Source: the human T2T-CHM13v2.0 reference genome, Homo sapiens
Length of the DNA stretch: 64,000 nucleotides
Strand: one strand, 5' to 3'
Assembly (NCBI RefSeq): GCF_009914755.1
Contig: NC_060937.1
The notes under the pieces were generated by a model that saw nothing but the letters and a program-made list of their open reading frames with translations, ran no database searches and had not been told where the DNA came from. Positions 13,615 through 28,504 of the stretch are shown here, piece after piece. The translations under genes were made by a program, and so were the position numbers. Positions within the stretch are counted from its first letter, which is position 1; each line of letters starts with the position of its first letter.

Positions 13615-15641
13615 AAAAACCTGTATTATAATTTGTCTAGTATCTTTGAAAACTCTTAAATATTCACGTACTGATGCTAACCCTGTCTTTTCTTGGACCA
13701 GAGAACTCACATCAAAGATGAGAAACATCCATGCAGAAGTGAGAGTGTTCACACTCAGTGGTAATGAGGGAGATAGTTTCTTAACCTTTAATTAACTCTC
13801 ATGTTACCAAGCAAACAAATCCTTTCATACAAGCCACAGTAAAGGAACTTGCTATAAAGGACAAGTGAAAATTATCCAATTAATGGAGCAATCCAAAAGT
13901 TTTTGGCGTTCTCTTTGTGGCAAACTTTTATCAGATATTTGTAGAATATTTTTGCCATCAAATTGTGTTTGACTTTAGAGAGTGAGGAAACTTTGTATTT
14001 TACCTAGTAGAGAATTAACCTGATTTAGAATTTAAAGGCTGTGATTCCATAAAAGAATGAGAGTGATGTTTAAACAAAAGAGAGGGTTTCAAAGATTTGG
14101 AAAGTTGTCTAATTGGAGATATAAGGCTATATTTTAAAAATAAATGAGCTTTGTGTTTTCTGTAAGACATATTCAGACTAACAGTACATATTATCCATCT
14201 TTACGTTGAATAAAAAACAAAATGTTCCGTTTCTAAGTAAGGACATGTCACATTCTAGAGGTATACCATGTGGTAGGGACCCACCAATGCCTGTGGCATT
14301 GAGTGACTTTGGGATCACAGGTGAATCAAACCTAGTACTTGAGAAATAAGTGGAAAAGAAGACCCTAGTGATGAATAGGTTGATTCAAGAAACAAGGAAT
14401 AGCAAGTGCTAGGAGATAATTTTGGAAATTTGTCTTTGAAGGTGTCTTCACAAGTCAGCTGAATTTGGACACCATTTTTGATGGGAAATATTCATTCTGT
14501 CCAATCACATTTTGAGCAGTGACCTTCTCATGGATAAAACCAAGCTGTACAAATAATGATGTACTAGGTAAGAAAGATTAAAGCTATTTAGAAAAGATAA
14601 ATTCTGTGGTATTAGAGCAGAATAGTCAATAATTTATTTGGTCTGAAACACACTCTGCATACCTGCAGAATTTAAGTAAGGTAAACCAGGGAGTTTGATA
14701 TTTATCCTATTCTTAAGAGAATAAGACAATAAGAAGACTGGCTAGATTTTTGCAAAGAAGTTTTGAGTTATTTATGTATACATGAAATCTAAATGTAAAG
14801 TGCAGTCATAGTTCATTCTCCACTGAAGGCTCAGAAGGCTCATCTCTCTCACCTTTCTTGTAATGATCTTAAATAAGCCAGGTGGAAAAAAAATGAATTA
14901 TTATTTTAAGAAATCGTATCCTCTCTGGATTGGAAGGAGCATCAGTCTTCAAGTTTAATTACTCACATAAAACTTAAGACTTCTCAATAACATCCTTATC
15001 AATAGTCTGCAGGTATGTGCTTGAGTTTCAGCATTATTTCAGTATTATTCAGTATTACAAGCATCCCAAACCTCCTACAGCAGTTTATTTTGTACGGAGG
15101 TAAATGATTTTTCTGATAGCTTACAATTCCTTGAGTGTTTCTCAGTATGTACTTAGATATTCTTAAAATGTAGTCTCAGGACATTCCAGAAATGATTTTA
15201 AGGCACAGAGTATTAAATTCATCATTTTCTAAATTATTCAATTCTTAATGCAGTTGAATAACAAATTAGCTTTGGTTTGGCAGTCAGTTTCATTACACTG
15301 CTAATTTATAAAAAGCTTAATCTACCTATGACCCCAGAAGGCTCTTTTATGCCTGCGACCACTGAGGCATGAATTGTCAATTGCCTCCTTATAGAGGAAG
15401 TATTGAAAATGGAAGACTGTCTAATAATTGTGAATCCAGCGGGCAACTTTGCCACTTACATTTCAGTATGTTTTAGCATGTCACACTCTGCCTGTGCCCT
15501 GCATACACACCATTCCAACCACAAAGGCCCAGTGCACCAAGATTATGTGGCCCAGTGCACCAAGAATACGCTACAGGGCTATGCCCTTTCCCTGCTGTGG
15601 TCACATTTATGACCAGCTACTGTGCCTACATGTATCTAGAG

Positions 15642-15855
15642 CAGTGGTTCTCAGTCAGGGATGACTCTCCCCAACAGGAGACATTTGGCAACGTCTGAAG
15701 ACATTTTTGGTTGTCGTATCTGGAAGGGGGTGTTACTGGCACCTAGAGGATATTGTCCAGGGATACTGCTAAGCATCCTACATTGCACAGGACAGCCCAT
15801 GACAAGGAATTCCATAGCCCCAAATGTTAATAATGCCAAAGTTAAAAATGCTTAT
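15642..15855 (+). mobile_element. MER20 hAT-Charlie MITE
   Basis: cagtggttctca...gacatttggcaacgtctgaagacatttttggttgtc...gccccaaatgttaataatgcc. Confidence 0.88.
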
Positions 15856-16539
15856 GTCAATCATTTATTATCGTCAGTAATATTAAGTGCCTTCCTGTGT
15901 GCACCCCTGGACATAAAGTGTTGGATTTAGCTCTTGTCCTCAAGATGGTTATCTTCTAAAACAACCACTCCTAATCAACGGAGTGTACAATGTACTGAGA
16001 AACAGTACAATAATCAATACAAGCATGTTTTCTATGGTTTCACATGGACATATTTAGCAAGAAGAGCTGTGGTGATTTCTCCTGAGAGATTAGATATTGT
16101 AAGTTCCTTAAGTTAGATTTGCACTGCAACATGCAGAAGAAAACCATGTGAGTCCTTCTGTGAATCATGAGTACTGGTTTCTATACTATGAGCTATAGGT
16201 ATCAGAATTTATATTTATCAGATTGATGTAAGGTGTAACCCTATTAGTAGGTAACACTGATTATAATTCCAGAAAGATAAAGCTTTGTACAAAGCTCTTT
16301 TACATCCTTTTAAAAATATATATACATTTGCCAATGCAATCTCAAATTTCAGAATGTATGGCTTCTCTCTCAGTTTCAGTGAGGCTTAAGAGCCTGTAGA
16401 AATGTATGTTTCTATGGAAACATTAATTAATTGTTCAATGTAGTAATAAAGTGCCCTCATGGATTTGCAAAGTAACTTGGTGGAGTCTGCTTTTTCTAAG
16501 TGATACCCATTTTTATTGCAATGTTCTTTCCTTCAAATT

Positions 16540-17060
16540 TTAAATTTTGAGACATTAGGAGGTAGCCTCCATAGCACTTGGTGACTGAATAAAAAGGAGC
16601 ACCACAAGAATAGGGAATGACAGAAAATTCTTCTAGGTCTCACTTGAGCAATGGCATTCATGGAACTGCCATTCACTGGATATTGAGGGGAAGAGCAGGA
16701 GTTCAGATATGGACATATTCAGCTTAAGACACCTGTATGACTTATAAGTGAGAAGTTCCAGTTATATAGTTGGACCCAGAGCTCAAGAGAGATGTCACAG
16801 TGGAAATGTAGCTCAGGGACTTTGTATGAGAAGTCATGGAATTAAACCAGAACGTCTGTTGGAAATATACAAATTAAGGAAGTGAAGTCAGCAGAGGAGA
16901 CAGAAGAGATTGGGGGAATTTCAGAAGGGTGCAGGGAAATGGAAACGAAAGAGCAGACGGTCTCAAGGAGCAAGTCATCAACTGTGTTGTGTGCAACAGA
17001 GTGACCAATGAGACTGCAAACTGCTGCGTGTCCATAGGAGAGCTTATACACGTTCACAAT
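16540..17060 (-). mobile_element. L2 fragment
   Basis: ggagttcagatatggacatattcagcttaagacacct matches the reverse of an L2 core motif. Confidence 0.55.
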
Positions 17061-18547
17061 TAGGAATCAAAAAATAAATTCCACAGGAGTGTGTGAGCTA
17101 TGCATAGGCTGAACTTGAGCACAGCAAAGAGAGACTGGGTAACTGCAGTCAGAGTGCAGTATTAAAGCTGGGAGTCAACCAGCCTCTCTTATTGATGTGA
17201 GATGTGTCGGTGGATAGCAGGATCAGAACAGTGACCCCAGAAAAAATGAGTGCCAGCCACACCAGCTACATTTTCTTCACTGCAATCTATACCAGAGATG
17301 TGTTCATAACTGCAGCTAATGATCAGGGTTCAGGTTCTGTCTTGCATGAGACCACATTCAAGGCCCTGGAAAGCCACAGAAATTTGGAATGCATCATTTT
17401 ATATTAGTTTTGTTAAAGAAAGTATGCAAAATTGTTAAACTCTGGGCTCTACACAGCCTGCAGTAGCCCAAGAGCTTTACCATTACTCATGTGGAAAGAG
17501 ACTGATGAATATATTTGTTTATATTTAAGGAAACTGTTAAGCATACCTCTGTTATGTGTAAAGTAGTATAAACCCCCAGCATATCCTTCAGATATTAACT
17601 ACCAGGTAAATCCAACTATCACTAGTCATTGTGTCAAGATTATGCAGGTAAGGTAATGACAATCACTCAGCATTTCACAAGAGGATTGGTCTGCTTTTGT
17701 TGCTCTGCATGTAGCCTAATACATGCAATATGTTTGGATTGTGACCAGTTTAAAATGTAAACATCCAAAACTAAAGCCATCCAGATTGGCAGCAAACTAC
17801 TAGAAAGTAAACATGACAAGGATTTTTTTGAGTGCCCTTGCAAGTTAATCCTTAAAGTAACATGGCTATAGATTAGAATGCACGGTGACAACCAGACACT
17901 GAATGGCAAATTTTGATTGATAGAAACAAATTGGTACATCTTCCAAGTAACACGGCAGCATGTGAAGAATGTCCATTTTATGGTTTGTTTCCAGGGGCCA
18001 CCCTCAAGATTGGTTAACTAGCAACCTATCATTTGATATTTGCAGGAAAGGTGCTGGATGAAAGCTTTTTTTTTTTTTTAATCTTCTTGACTTGTTTATG
18101 ATGCCTCACTTGGGCATATTCCTCCATGCTGCAAGTAGACACAAGAATGAATAAAATCCATCACTCCTAGTTCCCGGGTCTAGAAACCTTAAGGTCAAGA
18201 TGCAACCCCGTTTACTTTTGTACACACAGCACTGCAAACAGTGAGCCCAGTGGAGTAGGCTTTAGATAAGGTATGTGGGAGCGGGGCAGAGACAGCAGCC
18301 TGGAGGAGTGGGAAAGGCAAAAAGAGGAGTAAGAAAAAGCAAAAGGGGAAGGGCTGCTGAGCTTGGGACTATCTGGTCACCCACAGCCTCACTCCCTTTG
18401 GATTTGAAAAGACAATTCGATGATTTTGATTTCCATCTTCTCCTCTGATTTTATTTTTCCTTCCTCCTTCTCTCCCTCCCTCTCTTTCTTCCTCCTTTCT
18501 TCCTTTTTTTTTTTTTTGGAAAAATTAACTGTAAAGTTAAGCTGCTT

Positions 18548-18640
18548 TTTGTAATTAATGGCCTAATTAATTTGTAATCAACTATTTGTAATTAATGGCC
18601 TAATTAATTTATATTCAACTATTTGTAATTAATGGACTAA
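18548..18640. repeat. 37-bp tandem repeat, 2.5 copies
   Basis: tttgtaattaatggcctaattaatttgtaatcaacta-type units start at 18548, 18585 and 18622. Confidence 0.9.
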
Positions 18641-19435
18641 AAGTTGTTTTTGTTTTTGTTTCCCTAAGTTCAAAGCCATTAATGGCAAATGAGCTTCAGG
18701 CAGTCCTTCATCTGACCACACTTTGTTAGTAATTTTCTATTTTTAATTTAGAAGACAGCACTCTGTGCAGAACACTGAATGTGATTTAGTCAATTATTTT
18801 CCATTAAAATGATAAAAGTTAAAGAAACAAAAAGAATGCCGCATGTCATATTAGAAATAAGGGCAGATACTCTTATAATTCAGTGTTGTTTCACATGGTT
18901 AACAGACCAAGTCTGTGGCTACATGAGACAGGTGATAATAGTTACCACAGCTCTGATCGTTCAACTCTCTAAGCTGCATCTTTATAAAACGTTACCGTCA
19001 TATATTGTAAAGATTTCCTCTCGATAACACACGTGCCCGTGTCTTAATGTAAGTCTGACACTGGCCAAATAACAGGCCAATAATTGGATGTTCGACCATT
19101 TATGAAAACGGAAAAAGGGCTTTAAAATCATTTAGTGTACATTAGCACAGGAAGGAGAGGACATCTCACTCTTTAGATCTCTCTATGTTTGGCAGATGGC
19201 TTCACTTATTCTTAGTGATTGATATTGATGGGACAACTCTTTATTGTAATATGGCAGTTTACTCAATCTCAGGGCCACCCATCATAATTTATGTTGCTAC
19301 AGTTTGAAATATTGAAGTCAGAATTCATACTTGAGATATTCTTGGATGTGAGATGGAGAGCAAAGGACATTTCCCTTCTAATCTAAAGGCCTCCCTCTTC
19401 CTCTTTCTTCAGCTAAAATAGCTTTGTATATATAA

Positions 19436-19823
<388 letters not shown>

Positions 19824-20139
19824 TAGCCCGTTTTGCAAAATTGCTTGTCTTTCTGTATACAGCCATCGCTATTGCCCATCTATTTTATTACTTCTACGCG
19901 ATGCTAAAAAGCAGACAGCAACAACAAAAAATATTTAAAACTGGTAACATTGGTTTACTTAAAGAAGTAAAGCTTTTAACAGTTTACGAAGCACACGTAT
20001 TTTGTAGGTTTGCGTGACTTTGTCCCAGTATAAAAAACATAATTAACAAATAATAGGTAAATAATGAATGACTAAATAGAGCCAACTAAGCAACAAAATA
20101 TCCATATTCCAGCAACTGCCCTGCTTTCTGCTTCCCCTA

Positions 20140-20995
20140 AAAGCTTCTCATTCCAATTAGTGGGAAAGCCTGCCTTTCAGTTGCTTGGGTCTAAAACTCC
20201 GGAGTCATCTTTGATGCCTCCGTTGCTCTCATTCCTCATCAGCAAATCTTGTCCACGTTGCTTTCAAAGTATCCAGAAATCGATGACTTCTCACCATCTC
20301 TGTGGATGCCACGCTGGCCTCAGCCTCCATCGTCCCTTGCTGGACGTTCCAGTAACCTCCCCGCCCTACCCTGGCTTCCCCGTCTTGTCCCTAGAATACA
20401 AGCTCAATAGATGAGCCTGACAACCCGTTCATCATCGAAGCAGATCGGGTCACCCTCTTCTCAATCTTCTGAGACTTCTCAAATCAATGTAAGTAAAAGC
20501 TGAAGCCTCTAAAATGGCTTATGTAGCTGTCCCAGTTCTAGTTCTGACAGCTCCCTCTTTCCAACCTCTTCCCCTTCTCCTCCAGCTCTTGCTGATGCCT
20601 TTCCAGCTGCAGGGTGCCCTCACCACCCTTCCAACACGCCAAGCCTGCTCCCAACCCCAGGGCCTTGGCATTTGCTATTCTCTCCACCTGGAATGCTCAC
20701 CCTTCCTGTGTCAGCATTGCTCAGGGCATCTGCACCTCTTTCTGGGTGGTCCCCACTCAAACATCACTTCAGTGAGGCCTTCCCATGACCACCTGATTTA
20801 AAATGCTCAGCCCTCATGTAACATACCATGTATACATATGGCACATTTTGTGTATTATTTTGTCGCTGTAGAATGTGAATTCTGTGAAGCAGGGATGTAG
20901 TGAAGCAGTGTGCTTCACTCAGAGCTGTACTGCCAGTGCGTGGAGTAGTTCCTGGCACATACGTGGAGCCAAAACATATTGGCAAAATGAATGAT
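20140..20995 (+). mobile_element. L2 (L2a-like) 3' fragment
   Basis: ggagtcatctttgatgcctcc, ctctccacctggaatgctc, cttcagtgaggccttccc, cctggcacata...aatgaatga. Confidence 0.75.
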
Positions 20996-21259
20996 CCATA
21001 ACAAATGTGTCTAAACTCTGTTATCAAAAACTCCTGCAGTCCTATTTTCTATTCCCCACAGCACGGTTGCCTTCACATTACCTAAGCTCGCCCACTGCCC
21101 AGAAGGCCCTGCTGCAGCCTTTGCAAGTCCCGGCCCAGCTTCTGCCCCCTCTTCCTGACACTTCCTGACACTTGCGACTTGTCCCTGCCTCTTGGATATT
21201 TATACTTCCTAACTTATATGTACATTAAATTCCTCTAAAGAATTTAATGTATCTTTTCC

Positions 21260-21604
21260 CCTTTCTTTCTTTTTTTTTTTTTTCTTTCTTTATTTATCTT
21301 TTTTTGAGACAGGATTTCACTCTGTCACCCAGGCTGGAGTGCCGTGGTGTGATCACACCTCACTGCAACCTCAACCCCCCAACACAAGTGATCCTCCCAC
21401 CTCAACTTCCCAAGTAGCTGGGACTACAATCAAGTGACACCCCACCTGGCTAATTTTTTTATTTTTATTTTTTTATTTTTTTAAATTTTATTTTATTTTT
21501 TTGTAGAGACAGGGTCTCACTGTGCTACCCAGGATGGTCTCAAACTCCTCCCACATCTGCCTCCCAAAGTGCTGGTATTACAGCTGTGAGCACCGCACCT
21601 GGCC
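21260..21604 (-). mobile_element. AluJ-class SINE
   Basis: T-rich tail, gagacagg...cactctgtcacccaggctgg, expanded T-rich linker, cgcacctggcc end. Confidence 0.9.
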
Positions 21605-22519
21605 TGCAAGAACATAGCTTTTTCAGCAAGGGGTGCATGTTGTTATTAGTGTTTGCTCAATAAATACATGTTGGCTGACCGAAGGAAGATATGTATAAAG
21701 GAAAATCAAATGAATGGCACATGTTCTGCCCTTCAAGTGAATAGGAAGAGTGTGCAAAATCTGGAAAGAATTTATTTATGGGCGTATTAGAAATATCCCA
21801 AACACACTTTGATGGATTAGGCTGCTGATACTTTTTAATCATATACATCTTTGGTGCTTTTTCATCTGATTGAACTTCCTTTGAAAAAGATCATCCATTG
21901 AAAAATTACATTACCAAAGCTAAGAGCCACATTTAAAAGATGAAACTTCTTCTTTCCCCCTGCTCCCAGAATTATTCTTTTTTTTCCCCCTATTGGAAGT
22001 TAACTTTTAACATTAATTTTATTATCATTAACGATCTTTAGTTTAGGTACATTAAATTTGAAGAAGTTTTCTAATCAAAGCTACAACTTATTGTCACATA
22101 TTCCTGAAAAGAAATGTTCTCAACATACTAATTCAGGCATTCATTACATATTTTATTTTTGATGCAATTTAATCATAGGGACTTATAGAACCTACAATTA
22201 GCTACTCCAAGAACTGAAATTATATTTAAGCTACTGCAACAGCAAAATTTTAAATCTTCAACAATATTTACTATGCAAATACCAACTAAGCAAACTCTCT
22301 TAATTTTTTTATAAAAGTAATATACATGTGAATTTAAGTTTACTATTTGTGTGTGTGTATGTGTGTGTGAAAGAGTGTGTCTGCTTATTTTCACACATAT
22401 CTGTTTAACAGATATGTCTATATGGAATTATTAGATGTTAAAAGCATGAGAAGCATAATGTATCAGGAGTTCTCATCTAGAAATCCAAATTCATGGGTTC
22501 TAAATAATATTATTTATGT

Positions 22520-22740
22520 AACTGGAACTATTTATTAAATACATACTTTGTGCTAAGTGCTTTGCATACATACCTCATTAATCCTCCCAACAAATGTGTG
22601 AAACAATTACTGTTATTCCATTTTGCTGATTAGGAAACTGAGGCACAAAGAAAATAAATGATGATAATGATGACAAACATGAGGACCAAGTTTATTCAGC
22701 TTATAAATGCCCATCTGACTCCAATGCCCATATTCTCACA
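22520..22740 (-). mobile_element. MIR SINE
   Basis: gtgctaagtgctttgcata...ccattttgctgattaggaaactgaggcaca core. Confidence 0.7.
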
Positions 22741-25194
22741 CTGAAGCTTTGCCAAGATTTAGCCCTATTATTACCCAGAGTTGCTATCTTAAGTAAGTCA
22801 GTTGGTGGCTACAATATGAATGGTGTTCTCTAGAATTATCTAACACAGGTGCTATTCTCCTATGGTCTTGAACGTCTTTATCTGTAAAATAAGGACATAA
22901 TGGCTGCACTGCTGTCTCACAGTTGATTTGCGGTAGAGTTTTCACACCAACTCAATAAAGGACACAAGTGTAAATGGCAGTACTATGGCTGCATTTTGAA
23001 TACATAAGTGCAGCAATGACAGTGTTCCAGTTTGAATTATTATTTTTTATATAATTAATCGTAGCACAGCTATTATCAGACGCAGCTCCAAGGACACTTC
23101 CCTGGCTGCTGATTCCCTTCTTTCCTTCATATGACTTATGTACATTCATTTTTTCCATCCTAAGTTGCTTGCTTCTTTGAGGGCAGGTACTCTATATTTT
23201 TCACAATTCTAAGTGTTCCTGGAATCATCAATTCTAATGTACATCTAGTCATCTATTTCCAGTCCAGGAATAGACTGATCTCAAACTTTTCCTCGATTGT
23301 TTTCTTTCATTATTAATTAATTAATTAAGGAATTAATGTGCTTAATTCCTTTAATGACCAAGGTGATGAACAATCAAGGAATGCCATCTAAGTGCCTCAT
23401 GTGTACTCCATGCTATGGCCCCGTTACTTCCCATCTTTTCAGATTTCTTGGCTATGTGCCCATCGAATAATAAACAAGTCTTTTATTCATATACTTTTTC
23501 TGTTCCTGTTTTTAAAAGACATGATTAAAATTGTTATTTAATCTATGATTTAATTATTTGCATTTCAATTGACCACAATTACAGGTAAGGGTTCACTTTT
23601 ATGAATTAACATGTTTATTGACTTTAAATATATTCACAATATATGGAAGTTTTCTCACTTTCAGAAATCACATTACATACCACTGCACTGAAGAATTTAA
23701 GTTGATCAATGGGTTCTTTAGATCTACACCAGAACGGTATTTGTTATGTAGCCTCTTTGGTGTGGAGGGAAAAGTTCAGCGTCTGAAATTTGTTTCCAGG
23801 CTTCCTGTTTGCCTCACCCACTAGGAAGAGTAGGGAGCTCCCAAACTGCCTGCCTGGCTTAGGTCTAGAAAGGCGAGAAGCCAGGTGCTTTTCTACCTGT
23901 GTCCCAACTGCAGATGTTCTCAATCCAAGAGAATGAAGCACTCAAGCCACCTTGAAGTTACCACAATTTTACCTCTTGGAGGAGCCTCCACAGCTGGGAT
24001 TTACACTTGACCTCGGACCAAGTCCTGTGTCATGGCTCTCACGCGTGGACAGTGATGGAATGTGCAGAAGCAACACTGTGGTGATCCTGCCAGTCGGCCT
24101 CTGCTGCATAGATAGGACGGGAAAGGAACGCCTTGTGAAGGCCTGCATAGAAACAGGAATGGAAAACAGAAACCATGGCTAGCATCCTCCCTATTTAGCT
24201 CAGCATTGACAGTTGACCGTCAGACATTTTAATTCATGAATTAGTAATAGTGTATAGCCATTTACTTATGATTATTATTATTATTTTGAGAAATCAAGAC
24301 AGCCTTGTTTTCAGTAGCATCCACTACTGACTATCATTCATCTACTTGACATGCGCCTGACCTGAGCCCACAATTCTTCATCTTGTTCAGGATAGAAGTG
24401 ATCCAACACCTGCTTTCTACTTCACAGCCTCTTGTATTCTATGTTAGCCTCACTGGGGACTGGATAAGTTATCAGAAAGAATTTACTCGTTTATAGTCTT
24501 ATGGTCTTTTATCATATCCTCACAAACTATAAAGCAATAAAACACAACAAAGTCATTCTAATCTTAGTTTAAATAATTTTAGAAGCAACAGTCTCCACTA
24601 GCCAACTATGTCTGAACACTCTGATAAAAGACAAAGTGTGATACCCTTATCTTCAGTTTCTTTTGAAGCTTACTTTTTAAAAAATAATTGCATATTGAAA
24701 TATAACATGCTTCATACATTCCATTGTATTTAGAATACTGAACTCATTGAATATCTACATAAATAAACTGCAGTAAATACATTGCATTCTAAATCATGAA
24801 ACACTATGGACAGAAGTAGCTGTATTGGAACACACATTTCTATAGTCAATATAAATTTATATTGTTTCTACAAAGGACCAACAAGTAGATATTAACAGGT
24901 CAAACAAATAGGGCTATCCCAGTTAATTAGTTTAAGGGCTTCACTTAGAGCCTGCTCCAGGTGTTTATGCATTTACTTTGGCAAAATGTGCACTGTATCA
25001 AACTAAAAAGCTAGGAAAATAGATTTCTCAACATAAATATGTTATCAAGTAGAATTCCATAATTAGCAACACATAAAATCAGATATAGAAAGAGTAAAAC
25101 CAGGCATGAAATTCAAAAATATTTGGGGGTTTAGACTTGAGAAAAGATACCTGAATTATACATATCTCAGAGAATATATGCTTTTAGCAACCAT

Positions 25195-25320
25195 GGAACA
25201 CATATACACACACATATGTATACATACATACACAGAACACATACATATAAAGATATATACACACATGCAAATATACACATAGAACACATTTTCATACCAA
25301 CACATATTCACATACCAATA
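25195..25320. repeat. (CATA/CA)n low-complexity tract
   Basis: cacatatacacacacatatgtatacatacatacac. Confidence 0.65.
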
Positions 25321-28300
25321 GTATTAACTCTTGATCAACAGTACATTATAAACTATTTTCTTTCTCCTGAATTGCCCATATTTTTTATTCCACAGGACCA
25401 AGCACATTTGGGGCACCCAATAAATATTTGTTAACTTTAGCTTAATTGAACTGCATGAGTTTAGGACTGTGCACAGAATCCCTGAATTGTGAAAGTCACT
25501 TAAATTGGTGTTGGAGGACAGGACTAAATAAATTTTTAATGTCAATTTCTCCTACTCTGCTTTCATAGTATGTTCAACATTTGCATACACCCAGGTACAG
25601 TGGACAGATCATTCTAAATTTTTAAGTATGCCAATTGGTGGTTCCTAACATACCATTAAAAAAAGCAAAAGCATATGACTATTTTGAATTCATTTGCCTA
25701 TTTATGCTTTCAGCTTCTCTGACAATATCAGTTTTCTAACAAGTCCGCAATTGAGAATGGAAGCAATGCCTAGCCTTCTGAAAGAGGGAGAAATCGTTAA
25801 CTTTCCTAACTAAAAGAGAGTGCATCATTTTGTCAAGTCTGAAGAAGACTTAACATGAAAGGAGGACAAACGAAAACACCCTTCTTAGGATTTTCTTGTG
25901 CGTATTTTCAAATTTGGTCTACGTTTTCACATAAGGACTTTTGTAGAACCTATATTTCTCTTTGAAGCTTTAAAAAAAAAATTTTCTCGTTGAGGAATAA
26001 ACTATGAAGAGGGCTTCTATTATTTCCCTGTGGGTGAAACTGACAGAGGCAATGGTTCACTAACTTTCCCTGGTGTTGCATCGTTTGCAGCAAGTAAGGT
26101 GCAGCCCATGGTGTCTGAAGTGGAGGTGCTTTCCGGGCAGGAAGTGGACACATGATATGGCTCCTTAAGCGAGACTGTCCTAGACACCTAATCTAAAGCA
26201 AATAATGTTTCAGTATCCTCAGGTAGAGAGCCTACATTCCTAAAAGCTTTCTTGGGCAAGAAAGGGGTCAGCAAAAATAGCCAAAATAAAGCAGCAAACC
26301 AGATAAGACTATCTCATGACAGACCTAAGAACTGCTTGGCAGCGATAGTCAATCTCGGGAAATGTTTGGTGAACACAGGCACCTTAAAAGGAAGCAGGGG
26401 TGCTCCTGAGGGTATTGGTCTCATGGAAACAAAATATTGATCAGGTAGGTAGTTCCACTTGATAATCTTCAAACACTGACCAAATAATTGGTGACTGATT
26501 TGAAGAATAAAACAGATAATGTTTTAAATAGTTGCTTTGGTGTGGAAAAAAATACGATTTCAGTATACAGTACCCTGGAGAATGCGCTTATGGTGAATTG
26601 CTAATTTAAGATGATTTTATGTTAGAGGTATAATTTTCTTTTAAGATTGAATCTTTACCAGGAAGGTGCCCAGTGGCAGGGCCCCCCCTGGCTTATGCAT
26701 CTGTGAAAACAGATGGAAGTGAAGGACGGATGTCAAACCAGTTACACGCATGCAAATGCCTATATACAGGCACATTAATGTAAATGCATAGGCTCTTTCC
26801 TAAAGTGTGAATTGATCATAAAATGATTGGGAGTCTTGAATTTCAACTGTGGGGTAGATTTGACTTTACCTGGATTCCAGGTATGAATACTCATTTCTTG
26901 CCAATGTAACACTTTCTGAAAGGGGACTCTGTTTGAAGTATGGGAAAAAAGATGAGCCCTGGGTGGATATTTTCTCCTGGGGTCTGTGCTTACAGTCACT
27001 GGATAATGTGGACCATGAGGGAAAGCATTTTCTTAAAAGCTGGGATCATTATGATTTTCAGCTTTCTCTTTTGATAAAGCAAAATGAAAGGTTATTTTCT
27101 GGCATACTGAGATCATTACTTTTCCCAGCATTAAGCTGTCTGAGTAGAATCGAGTCAGTATCTACCAGATACCAAAATACCCTAAGAATGTCTCATCCAC
27201 TCTGGGTGTTTCTAACTCACTTGTGGTTTATTTTGTGTTCAGAATTTGTGTAGAGCTGCCAATTTGACAATAAAAAAGGAAAAATGGAATAGTTTGGCTT
27301 TGCTTCTTTGGTTTAAATTAACATCTGCCATCTTTCTGACCTGAATTCTGACAACACAATTGCTGTGAAATATTGTTTTAAACTTAAAACCAGAAATCCC
27401 GAGTGTAGCCTCCTGCGAAATAGGTGCTAGTTAGAACCAGCTGCCCAAAGCGGAACTGCTGAGTGCTTCAAGGTTGCCTATGATCTGAGCAGATCCTGGG
27501 CAGTGCCTTTTCAAAGAGGAGCTGCCACTTCAAATATTTCTCCAAGATGGATTAAGATTTATCTATAGCACAACCTATGTGTTATTTCTCTTCTTGCTTA
27601 ATTTATCATTGTGGAGTTCCCAAACTTAAGCGGAAATAATTAGGATTTGGGTGGTGGTGGGAAGGTGTGTGTCGGGGGGAAATGAAAGAAAAAAGATGGA
27701 ATATCAATGAATCTGCAAAGGACAGTCATAGAACATATGTTGTGGAAAAGAGGCATTGATTGTGGATGTATAACAAATATTGCAAGTCCAAAGAGGCTCA
27801 AACCACACCTCTACATATCTTGCTTGTGCAACAGGTGACGCTTGATCATCAAAAAACAATAATAATTTTAACTAATCAAAAAAATGATCTGAGGGTAGAA
27901 TTGGCCATGGTCATCTCATTAAGCACACAGTTCTGTTTTCAACATAATTAGTCATCTAATTACTTATCCAAAATTAGTTAGTGCATTCATATGCCTAATT
28001 AATTATAATTTCATTCAAAGTACCCCATTGGTAATGCTTTTGTTCTCTGTTCCAACAAATCAAATTACTGTGGGACAGATTTGATTTGGAAATTGGTTTG
28101 GGTTGAGTCTCATCATAAACATATTAAAATATTAATGAATAAAACAGTGAGAGTATTAATTTCCATAATAAAGATAACTCCTCAACTGTTAACTATTTCC
28201 AAGGAATACTGCCTTTAAATGGCATCATAAATCCCCTAACTTCTCAGATTGAGTGCTGAGGTTGAAGGAGCAAAATCCAAGTTTAAACACCCCCGTTTCT

Positions 28301-28504
28301 GTGATGAGGCCCGGTGCACAAAGGACTGAACATTTCCAGGAGGGTAGCAAACCTGGCGGTGTAAAAGACAGTCTGTTTTCTAATCATCAGCACCGATTGC
28401 TCACTACTGTCTGTTCATTATCCATGGCTACCTTTTATCCTAAAAGATAATCTGCTTCTGATGGTTAATTTATGAGTTAAGCATTTTTTAGGGAAAAAGA
28501 GTAA

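Noticed and set aside
15526-15565. 17-bp direct repeat ggcccagtgcaccaaga with period 23
   Set aside because: Ordinary small tandem duplication with no further structure.
18548-18640. Regularly spaced 37-bp repeats resembling a CRISPR array
   Set aside because: Head-to-tail units without unique spacers, eukaryotic context, no cas genes.
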